NCBI GenBank assembly: GCA_951406725.2
Contig: OX597834.1
Span: 19,654,001 to 19,718,000, forward strand
Direction: 5' to 3'
DNA from: Octopus vulgaris
Lineage: Eukaryota
DNA: 64,000 nt
The stretch's first letter is position 1. The number at the start of each line of letters is the position of its first letter. Made by a program: the position numbers and the translations under genes. Shown here in pieces: positions 53,316 to 64,000 of the stretch. The notes beneath the pieces were generated by a model. That model was not told where the DNA came from. It saw only the letters and a list, made by a program, of their open reading frames with translations, and made no database searches.

Positions 53316-56225
53316 GGAGAGAGTGAAAGAGCGAGAGAGATTCTGTTTTGACAGTTAATTGAGCAGACAAGATTTCTAATGGATGCAGAGTTAAGAATTT
53401 AGCTAAGCACCATTCCATTACATATTTCACTGCAATCATTTATATTATAATTATATTGACAAAATGTTGCTCTCCACCTCCCCACTCCCGGTTAAGAGAG
53501 GCAGGTAGCATCAGAGACATCATGCAATCAGATGTGGAAACCTCGCTCCTGTGAATATATAGATTAGAAACTACCTGCGTTTATTAGGTTAATTAATCCC
53601 AGAATACACAGCACAAAGACGAAGTTATTTTCGTTGTTGCACCAATGACCCAGGGTTAAGGGACCAACTACATAACCCTGCTGCACCCCATTAACCATAC
53701 AAATCACTGAATATTGGGAAAAGAAACCCCAGAAGGAAATCTTTGTTCACATTTTTTTAGCAGTGAAAATTGTTACCCAAACCGCTGTTGTATTACATAT
53801 TCTGGAACAGTTTCTTCAGTATGTATCTTTGTATGTGTGTTTAGAATTGGACTCTTATTCTGTCATTTTATAATCACCCACTGGGGACATTGAAGATATT
53901 CTTACCTTTATCCGAGAACAAAAATCCAAGCAATGTGATTTACACAGGAAAGAAAATAATCCAATGGACCAAAACTTCTCTCTCTCTTCTTCTTCTTCTT
54001 CTTCTTCTTCTTCTTCACTCTCTTTCTCTCTCTCTTCTTGATACACCAAACATTTCGGTTGTTTTCATTTTGTTAGTGCCTGCCATACGAACACCAACAA
54101 TTTGACCTTTTTGAAAGTCCGATAGACGTGTCATTTTAATGAATTTTAATTACCTTTTTCTAATGATATCTGAAAAGAAGCCGCAATTTTAGCAAAACAT
54201 TTTAAGCAACACTAATAATAAATCAAAGAACATAACAATAAACAAGCTTTTGACGGTTTTATAGATATTTCAAAATTATGATACTATAATGTTAGGTGGT
54301 TCCATTATTTTGTCCAAACTCTGTATCTGTGTGTGTGTGTGTGTCTTTGTGACTGTGGACTGTGTTTGTCCCCTGGCACTGCCTAACAACTGATGTTGGT
54401 GTTTATGTCCCCACAGCTTAGCAGTTCAGGAAAAGAGACCAGCTGAGAAAAAAGTACCAGATTCTCAAAAATAAAAAAAAATTGTACTGGAGTCAATTTG
54501 TTCAGTGACTAAAATTCTTCAAGGCGGTGCCCCAGTATGGCCACCGTCTGTTGGCTCAGACAAGTAAAAGATAGCAGATAAAAGATATGCTCTTTCCAGC
54601 AAATATCACAGTTTTTATGCAATTCTGAAAAGATAAATCATTGCCCTAAAATAGCGATATGTCAAAATATAAAATTGAAATCAACAAAACTTTCTTGAAA
54701 TTAATTCAAAGAAACAAAATACACGAAAAGAAAGCTGTTCTTGCCCAACAAAAGAAGAAAGAGCTAAAAAATAATGACTTTTAGAACAAATGAAATTTTA
54801 TTGTTAAAAAAAAAAGAATTTCTTGTGTAAAACTTTATTATATATCAACTCTGCCAAATATCTGAATTTAGAAATAGATTGTAGTCTTGGAGTTAAAAAT
54901 ATCTCCATTGTAATTGAATTCTTTTCACTGCAGAATTATTTTGTTGGAACCACTATATTTTACTGAAAAAGAAAGAAACCAAAGAAAAGGAGAAACTGGT
55001 TAAAGAAATTTGCAATTAAAACTTTGGCGTCAGAATCTATATTCCTTATAAGTGGAATTGCAAACCATTCTGCATTTAATGTTGAATGGTCAGTATAACT
55101 GTGGTGAGTGCAGGAGATTCTATAGTGAGTGTCTGAACTGATTATGTCATAAGTGTACCACTTAGGTGTCGCTCTTTGTGGTGTATATAACATGCAGATA
55201 TATATATATATATATTAGCTGGTGTTTTCAAAACGATGAATAGCTTTGCGGAAACCATGGTTCGCCTTGTTTTCTGACTTTATAATCATCTTATAATCAT
55301 CTCATAATAATGACCTTTATGACTTTTATTACTACTTCAGTCCATCTAAATGTATATATTTGTCGTTACCTTTCATAAAAAGCCTTTTTTTTATTTACAA
55401 TATGCATTTTCGTTGATTTTTCATATTTTACCCTTACATTTCCATGTGTATTTTATATTTTATATTTTCTTTTTGTAACATATTTCTACTATATATATAT
55501 ATATATATATATTAAAGAGAGAGAGTGTGAGTGAGTGAGAGAGAGAGTGTGTGTGAATGAGAGAGAGAGAGAGAGAGAGAGCAGTCATCATATTTTCTTG
55601 CATAACTGCTTATTCTGAAGAGCACAGAGTTATATAACTGGGCTGCTACCTAGGATCCCTTTGAACCCCAGCACAAAAACCATTTCTTAAGATGAGCCAT
55701 AACAGATATATAGTACTGTACACTTTGATTTATATATCTTTATATATATATATATACACTCTTTCTAACTTGCTCTCCTTCCTCTTCCAACTGGGGATAT
55801 CTATGTATTTACTCTACAGCAAGACGCCTATCCCTGTCCTTGTATACCTTTAATCTTTCATCAACAAACACAAATCCACTCCAATCAATACCACTCCCCC
55901 ACTCGTAGTTGATGGGCTTTTGTCTTGCAACATACTTGGTGACCCTGTTGATGCTCGTGCCACTAGCTTATCTAACCCTTAGGACACCTTAAATCGAGTA
56001 CACTTTGTTGCAAGCTTCCAGCTGAGATTTTCATTCTGAATATAAAATCCTTGGAATATTGGTCATGTGGTTCAGAGGTTTGCTTCACAACCATGTGGTT
56101 TCTGTCCCATTGTGGTTAAGTCCCATTGCTTAGCATCTTGACAAGTGTCCCCTATTATAGCAGCAAAATAACCAATACCTTGCAAGGGAATTTGTTAGAT
56201 GAAAACTGGAGGAAACTCATTCTAT

Positions 56226-56352
56226 AGGACGGGAATGATATGCAGTGATACACATCTGGAAAATCTTGGAAGGACTTGGAGCAAATTTTGGCATCGGATG
56301 TTATTTAAGCATCAGAATGGAGCACCTCTGCATAGTACCAAAGATCCTACCA
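56226..56352 (+). mobile_element. Short CR1-type LINE ORF2 fragment
   Basis: YAVIHIWKILEGLGANFGI..HLCIVPKI aligns with YAVIYVWKILEGIVPNFDI..RHCIVPKI of the 58 kb LINE. Confidence 0.8.
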
Positions 56353-56422
56353 TCATTATCATCATCATCATCATCATCGTCATCATCATCGTCATCATCA
56401 TCATCATCGTCGTCGTCATCAA

Positions 56423-56460
<38 letters not shown>

Positions 56461-57189
56461 CCACCATCACTACCATCACCATCATTACCATCACCATTGT
56501 CTTTCTCTTAGCACACAGAATACTTCTGTTGCTCCATAGATTTTGGAAACAGTTGCAATGAAAAGCAGACATCAACAACAACAAGCTTAACATTTTCATG
56601 ATTTTATAATAATTCAAGAGAGATTACTTAGAGCATTATGGGATTAAAAGCAAGATGCTTTAATATTGTTGGCAAATATATAAATGAATTATTTACATGA
56701 ACGAAACTAAATGGTTGCTGAAATATATTTCACAATATTGAGGTTAGTGGTATGTGTGAGTTGATATATATATAAATATATACATACATACATACATACA
56801 TACACACACAGGGTGCAATGGGTAAATTGTTGCCATCTTATAGCTTTAATTTTGCACATGCTCACTCTTTCTTTTTGATTTTGTTGATTACACAGTATTG
56901 TAGGGTCAGTTGGGCACCTGAGCCTGATAAAATAGGTTCCTGTGACAAACCAACAAAGCTTTAAGTTACATGGGGCACAATGAAAGTGGTTTAAATTATA
57001 TATATATATATATATATATGTATATAGTTAGAATTCACAAAAAATGAAAGACAAAAACAGTAATTGAAGTAGATATTGAATATGCTCCGGAATAATCATT
57101 TAAAGATATTTTTGTTGAATAAAATTTGTTGAAAAAAGCTGGAATAATTATGCACCAACCCAAAATATATATATATATATATAAATATA

Positions 57190-57276
<87 letters not shown>

Positions 57277-57916
57277 ATATATGTGTGTGTTGTATATTGT
57301 TATGTATATGTATTTACATATAAACATGTATACTTACAAACACACGCACGCACACACATACGCATATATGAATGTGTGTGTATGAATGTGCGTGTGTGTG
57401 TGTACTTGTTTGTTTAGCAAAGAAGAGATATAGAGACAGAAGAAAATGATGTAATTTCTGTTATTTAATCAACTTTACACTTGCATTTTTCTACTCAATT
57501 TATCCGATGCCAAATATCATAAAACGTAATATATCATAGATGACTAACTCCAGCACCGTACTAATACCTGACTATCGGCTACTTTAAATGCTGGAAATAT
57601 CAGCAGCAACACCACCACTTCGTAATCTGAGATGTATTATGTTTTTTTCTTTGTTGTTTTTTTTTCTTTTTTGTTTTGCTTTTGCATTAATAATCTTATT
57701 GCATCTCCTGGGCAATATAAAAATTGGTAAAATATTATCTTGTCAAAATTAAGACAATAAAAGACATCATTTATCGTAGCGAACACGCGGAAACATCTTT
57801 CCATGCTGCCATCCATTTTTATAGGCATTTAGAGATCAACATGTTGTTATGCGTAATGTCATTAACATTATAAATGTCTTTTAGGAATACATAGAATATT
57901 AATGACTCAGTCATTG

Positions 57917-58905
57917 CATGAGACAATAGAAGAGGTACAGAAGATGGAAGCCTGGTGTTAAATTATATTAAAGCAGGTATATATATACATACACACATAT
58001 ATACATGCATGGGACAATAGAAGTGGTATACAAGAAGGAAGCCTGGTGTTAAATTTTATTAAAACAGGTATTTTTTTTTTCTCTAGTTTCAGCTCAGAGC
58101 TGCGGCCATGCTGATGCACCACCATTTTGTGCTACACTGTTATTGCGAAGAACCTCGTCTAATATGTGGCACTTGGTGAAGAATGGAGTTTGATATAGCT
58201 ACTCTCATTTGCATCTCTTGCCATGAGGTAGGTTCATCTGGGACTCTCGACAGGAAGATGTCCAGCTTTGATTTAAAAACTGCTACATCTACTTTGTGCA
58301 AGTTCCTTAGACTCTTTGGGAGAATATTAAAAAACTGTGGGCCCTTGAAACCCAGGCTGTTGCAGAAGCTGGTCCTGAAGCGTGATGGCATTGCTGGGAT
58401 CTTTGGCACTATGCAATGTCGTCCCGTTCTAGTATTGGTGTAGCTTACAATGTCAAAATTTGGTACAATTCCTTCCAGGATCTTCCAGACATATATTACT
58501 GCATACCTCTCCTGTCTTCTCTCCAGGGAGTAGAGTCTTAGCTGTTTCAACCTTTCCCAGTAGCTGAGCTGTTGCAAAGAGACGACCTTCTTTGTGAATC
58601 TTCTCTGGATTGCTTCAAGGTCCACTGTTAATTTTACACTGGTGGGTGACCATAGCTGTGAGCAGTAATCCAGGTGGCTGAGGACGAATGTCCACCAGAG
58701 GACCATCATGGTTTCCTTATCTCTGGTTCTGAATGTTCTTAGGATCCACCCAGTCAGTCGTCTGCACTTTGTCGCATATATATATATATATACACACATA
58801 TATACATGCATGGGACAATAGAAATGGTATACAAGAAGGAAGCCTGATGATAAATTTTATTAAAACAGGTATATATACATACACACATATACACATGCAT
58901 GGGAC
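57917..58905. repeat. Tandem repeat of about 90 bp (three units plus a stub), interrupted by the LINE
   Basis: Units begin CATG(A/G)GAC at 57917, 58008, 58809 and 58898. Confidence 0.88.
58071..58776 (-). mobile_element. 5'-truncated CR1/L2-group LINE: uninterrupted ORF2 C-terminus (about 210 aa), 3' UTR, poly(A)
   Basis: LDYCSQLWSP, LEAIQRRFTK, SYWERLKQLRLYSLERR and FKSKLD motifs; stop at 58140; T-run at 58071-58080. Confidence 0.92.
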
Positions 58906-59481
58906 TTCTATCCTCAGTTGAGTTCCAGATTATCTTTGCAATGACCCATCTTTGTTTTCTTTGTATCGTCTATCTGGATGTTTTGTTGTCCCTTTTTTAT
59001 ATCACCTGACTGTCTGAATGTTTTGCATTCTTGTCGCATTTTTGTAATTTTTATATATCAATATATGTGTGTGTGTGTGTGTGTATGTGTGTGTCTGTGT
59101 GTACATATAGCTGAGCAGAAGAGGCTTCTGTAGGCTTCTCTACCATCTCCACTTATACATTGCTAATAGCCTCATCTCTTCCCTTGTCATCTATATTGAA
59201 TCGACTCATCCAGATGGCTCTGCAATAACCCCTAACCTCAACTCCCACCTCACTTGCCTTTTTACTCTATGCTATTGTTGTAAATTCGACTCCCTTATTT
59301 TGGCACTAATCATTATCCCCAGTTTTTTCTCTCCCAGACATTGGTCCCCTGAAATCTCTTCTCTGCTCTTGTTTATCCTACAGGCATTGATCTGCAATAG
59401 TTTAAGTGAAACATTATAGGGATCAACTCAACAGTCTTGGAGGGTCTGTAAAGAAAATGGACAATGCCTCTTTGTCTATGC

Positions 59482-59722
59482 CATTGGATTTTAACTAGGG
59501 TCCATAAGGCCCTTGGTGATCCATAGAAGAATTTTGTTGTTAAAATTTATGTACAATAAACTGTACACAAAATATTTCACCAATTTTTTAAATACTATTC
59601 CTAATAATATCAAAATTATAAAAATATATTGGGATTCTTTAAATATCAAATGGCTATGAGGGTCCAGTGGATTCAATTATGGATTAAAGGGGTCCGTGGG
59701 CAAAAAATGGTTGAGAATGACT
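59482..59722 (-). mobile_element. hAT-like MITE, same family as 21209-21686
   Basis: Ends AAAAAATGGTTGAGAATGACTA; GGGTCC subterminal motifs. Confidence 0.6.
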
Positions 59723-61492
59723 ACTCTAAGTTCAACAAGAAAAATAGTAAAAATGAAAATATTTCCTTTCCAAAGTATTAGTTTTTGGCATTCCCTTCCT
59801 ATACATTTTATTTCCTGCTCCAACCAATTTTCATCTGTCCAAGGAAAGACATTAGCTGCATTCGTTTTTGAAGGCTGGTGAAAGCCAGGGATGCTACCTG
59901 TTTGTCTGTACCCAAACACGAAAACAAAGGGGAAGTCAAAAGATTTCTAAGGACAGGGTAATTTTATAAACCATAGGCACAGGCATGACTGTATGATTCG
60001 GCTCACTTTGTAACCGTGTGGTTTCCAGTTCAGTCCTACTGCACAGCACTTTGAGCAAGTGTCCTCTACACGAACTCAGGATCATCAATGCCTTGGGAGT
60101 GAATGAAATGGATAGAAACTGTGAGGAAACCCATCATATGTGTGTGTGTGGGTTGTGTTTATGCCCTCCCCACAACCACGTTTTATAGACTTGTTTCTGG
60201 CCTCCTAACTTTGTGTTTTACCAAATGAGATCGATAGAATGAGTACAAAACTTAAATAAGTACTGCCGTTGATTTGGGTGATGAAATCTTTCAAAGTATG
60301 GTTGCTGTCCTGCAACCATGGTTTCAAAGATAAAAATTACGACAAAAGATTTTTAGAAAAATAGAAGATGTCTTCTTCATTAGCCAAATAGATAATTGCA
60401 AATCGTTTCAAAATGTGTTGCAACCTAATAAAATTTCCCACAGAGGAATTATAATGAAGTCACCATTTTAAATTCTCCTTCGATTTTATATTTCAGTAGT
60501 TTTAATTGCTACTACATTAACTCAATTATAACTTAATTATTAGCAAGCTATTAATCTAGTGAAGCAATAACTATAATTAACAACAAACAAAATCACATTA
60601 AATGGAATAAGCTCATTTCTCCAACCAACAATTCCCGTATATTGCAGCTTATTGATTACCACATCTCGATAACCTCTTGGGCTATCTAAATAAGCAAGAC
60701 AGCTGTCCGTGTGTCCATTTATCTTTCATTGCAGTCAACCATTTTTCTATTCAACTAACTAATGAACATGTCAGTTGACCAATACTTCTTCTTTTCTAAA
60801 CAACAATTGCGTGGTCTGTGATGGATTGCGGAGGTTATATTGGTGTATAGCAGTGCTAAGCTTTCATGCACAGGATGATGGCTGTAGGTTAAAGCAGTGT
60901 AATCAGCTATCGGACGAAGATAATTACTGAGAAATATTACAACGAAATAAACCTAACCAAAAAATAATAAGACTTTTGAAAGGGATTCTCTTCTTCTCTT
61001 ACTTCTTCCATTTGGTCTTTTTGGCCTCAACCAGACAGCCAGCCTCTATTTCAACTAACCTGTTCACTCTTCCCTCACTTTTAAAGTGATGATGTGGTTA
61101 AGAAGATAAGAAGATTGCTTCCCAACCATATGGTCTTGGGTTCAGTCCCACCGTGTGGTAACACCTTGGGCAAGAGTCTTCTACTAAAGCCACATGCTAT
61201 AGTAAATATGGTTGGTCTACATTACTGCTTTAAGGATCATAAGGCTGGGTCCCTGATTTTTCTGGCATATATATTACTCAGTGGATGGGACGCCAGTCTG
61301 TCACTAGATTATTCATTTTTCCAGCTGAGTGGACTCAAGCAATGTGAAATGAAGTGTTTTTACTCGAGAACACAATACACTGCCCATCCAGGAATCAAAA
61401 CCACAATCTTACTATCAGCAGTCCAACACACTAACCACCAAACCATGCACCCCCACCATAGTAGTTGTGGTTGGGCTACATTACTCCTTTAA

Positions 61493-62112
61493 CCCTTTTG
61501 TTACTCTTTACTCTTTTACTGGTTTCAGTCATTTGACTGCGGCCATGCTGGAGCACCGCCTTTAGTCGAACAAATCGACACCGGGACTTATTCTTTGTAA
61601 GCCCAGTACTTATTCTATCAGTCTCTTTTTGCCGAACCGCTAATTGACGGGGACATAAACACACCAGCATCGGTTGTCAAGCAATGCTAGGGGGACAAAT
61701 ACAGACACACAAACACACACACACACATATATATATACATATATACGACAGGATTCTTTCAGTTTCCGTCTACCAAATCCACTCACAAGGCATTGGTCGG
61801 CCCGGGGCTATAGCAGAAGACACTTGCCCAAGATGCCACGCAGTGGGACTGAACCCGGAACCATGTGGTTGGTTAGCAAGCTACTTACCACACAGCCACT
61901 ACTGTATTTCTTTTGAAATGCTCTGTGTTTCTTTCAATTATTTTAAATATAACAAAGAATTTAGTAAAATAACTTACTTATCATTAAGCTAGTGTTAGGA
62001 ACATAAATTTTGACTAAAGTTTGGGGAAAGATTTTTAATTCAGAACTTATGAAAACAAGACATTTGCACTACAGAGCCAGAGCCGGTTTCAGCCGGGTTG
62101 ATAACAAAAGGG
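61493..62112 (+). mobile_element. piggyBac-like MITE with TTAA TSD hosting a young SINE-A (61505-61890, minus strand)
   Basis: TTAA|CCCTTTTGTTA...TAACAAAAGGG|TTAA. Confidence 0.85.
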
Positions 62113-62554
62113 TTAAGGAGCATAAGGCTGGGTCCCTGGTTTTTCTGGTATATATATATTTCTCCCTGGATGGGACACAAACTGAGTTGTCTGGAACAGT
62201 ATGAAATGAAATATTTTGCTCAAGAACACAACACATCACCCCTGGCAGGAATTGAAATCACAATCTTACAATCACACTGTCTAATAAGCCATGTACCTCC
62301 ACCATAGGAGATTTGGTAGATGCTAACCAAAAGAAACCCGTCTTAAGTATGTGTGTATGTCTGTTTAGATTTGTGCATTTCCAAAAATTGCTGAGCTACA
62401 AGCAATGATGCAGTGACGTTGTTGATAGTAACCCTGTCAATAAATGATCTACTTGGGTTCAATCCCAAAGCACAGTACCTTGGACAGATGTCTTTTGTAA
62501 TAGGCCCAGGCCAGCTAAAGATTCATGAGTGTATTTGATAGAAATTGAAAGTAG

Positions 62555-62858
62555 CTATTCTTATATGTATGTATGTGTGTATGTACATATGTATGTATGT
62601 ACATATGTATGTATGTATGTACATATGTATGTATGTATGCATGTGCATATGTATGTATGTATGCATGTGCATATGTATGTATGCATGTGCTTATGTATGT
62701 ATGTCTGCATGCATGTGCATATGTATGTATGTATGCATGTGCTTATGTATGTATGTCTGCATGCATGTGTATATGTATGTATATATGTACATGTGTGTGT
62801 ATGCATGTATGCATGCATGTATGTATGTATGTATGTATGTACCTATGCATGCATGTGC

Positions 62859-62889
<31 letters not shown>

Positions 62890-62940
62890 CATATGTGTGT
62901 ATGTATGTAGCTATGTATGTATGCATGTGCATATGTATGT
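62555..62940. repeat. (ATGT)n-derived compound repeat
   Basis: Recurring GCATGTGCATATGTATGTAT motif. Confidence 0.92.
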
Positions 62941-62969
62941 TCATTTATTCATTTGTTCTTCTCTTTCTT

Positions 62970-63210
62970 CTCTTAATTTGGAGTAAACTTTGGCCACCCA
63001 CCTACTTGGTAGCATGGTTATGAAGGAAAGTGTCATGTTTTGTTCTCCCTCCTTTAATCCTTCAAATCTCAAGAAGGTCTTGCAGGATTTTATAGTCCCA
63101 GATATCGAGGTCGTTTGTAGTATATGAATTAAGGATCTGCATTCTCTCTCCAACAAACCAAGTTCAGCCACACTTTACTCTAATCGGGTTGGTGTGTATC
63201 CTGTTGCTTT
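62970..63210 (-). mobile_element. Probable 3' remnant of an RLE-type non-LTR retrotransposon
   Basis: ATGYTPTRLE*SVAELGLLERECRSLIHILQTTSISGTIKSCKTF resembles RLE C-termini as I recall them; clade not assigned. Confidence 0.5.
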
Positions 63211-63339
63211 AATAATAATAGGTATGAGGCTGTAAAAGATGAAAAATAGACTTTAAACAAGGACAATGGGGAGGTGGATGTGAATGACGAGTGCTCAATA
63301 CATTTAGTAGAGTTTTAATTCATTTAATATGAAATGAAA

Positions 63340-63750
63340 AGGCAGTGAGCTGGCAGAAATGTTAGCATGCCGGATGAAATGCGTAACCGTATTTTGTCTG
63401 CCATTACGTTCTGAGTTCAAATTCCGCCAAGGTCGACTTAGCCTTTCATCCTTTCGTGGTCGATTAAATAAGTGCCAGTTATGCACTGGGTTCGATGTAA
63501 TCGACTTATTCCCTTTGTCTGTCCTTGTTTGTCCCCTCTGTGTTTAGCCCCTTGTGGGTAGTAAAGAAATATATATTTCGTCTGCCGCTACGTTCTGAGC
63601 TCAAATTCCGCCGAGGTCGACTTAGCCTTTCATCCTTTCGGGGTCAATTAAATAAGTACCAGTTACGCACTGGGTTCGATGTAATCGACTTATTCCCTTT
63701 GTCTGTCCTCGTTTGTCCCCTCTATGTTTAGCCCCTTGTGGGCAATAAAA
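63340..63750 (+). mobile_element. SINE-B followed by a headless tandem second copy
   Basis: 63575-63750 repeats 63390-63570; both carry the GACTTAGCC and GGGTTCGATG variants. Confidence 0.9.
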
Positions 63751-63902
63751 AAAAGTAATATGAAATGAAAACTACACTGATTGTTGGCAACAGGAAGGGC
63801 ATCCAGCCTATGAAAATCTGTTCTTAACAAATTCACCTGACCGATGCAAAGACAGAAAAACTGTTTGTTAAGATGATGATGATGATGATGATGTATGTAT
63901 GT

Positions 63903-64000
63903 ATGCCCAGTGGTTAGGGCAGCGGACTCGCGGTCGTAGGATCGCGGTTTCGATTTCCAGACTGGGCGTTGTGAGTGTTTATTGAGCAAAAACACCTAAA
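63903..64000 (+). mobile_element. SINE-C head, cut by window edge
   Basis: Matches 39430-39530. Confidence 0.85.

Noticed and set aside
58140-58811. 223-aa host protein
   Set aside because: LINE ORF2 C-terminus; the apparent start lies in flanking microsatellite

Overview
AT-rich, extremely repeat-dense eukaryotic DNA that looks intronic or intergenic. The SINE families and microsatellite spectrum match what I recall from coleoid cephalopod (Octopus) genomes; that assignment is inference, not a database result. I recognise no intact host protein-coding gene, rRNA, true tRNA or CRISPR array, and nearly all ORFs in the track are microsatellite or SINE artefacts. The window holds dozens of copies of about five SINE-type families (my labels A-E), and decayed coding fragments of CR1-type LINE, CRE-like, R4/Dong-like and another RLE-type non-LTR element, Penelope (GIY-YIG), mariner and a DD41D Tc1/mariner. 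It also holds hAT-like and TTAA (piggyBac-like) MITEs, often nested, plus local duplications and mini/microsatellites. Best leads: (1) Penelope-type termini with a non-canonical minimal hammerhead-like motif; (2) a LINE 3' stem-loop shared, with compensatory changes, by two SINE families; (3) several long hairpins, including a 94-nt pre-miRNA-sized stem; (4) a mariner copy carrying a duplicate of nearby DNA. I cannot support a confidently novel biological system from sequence alone. Boundaries of decayed repeats are approximate.
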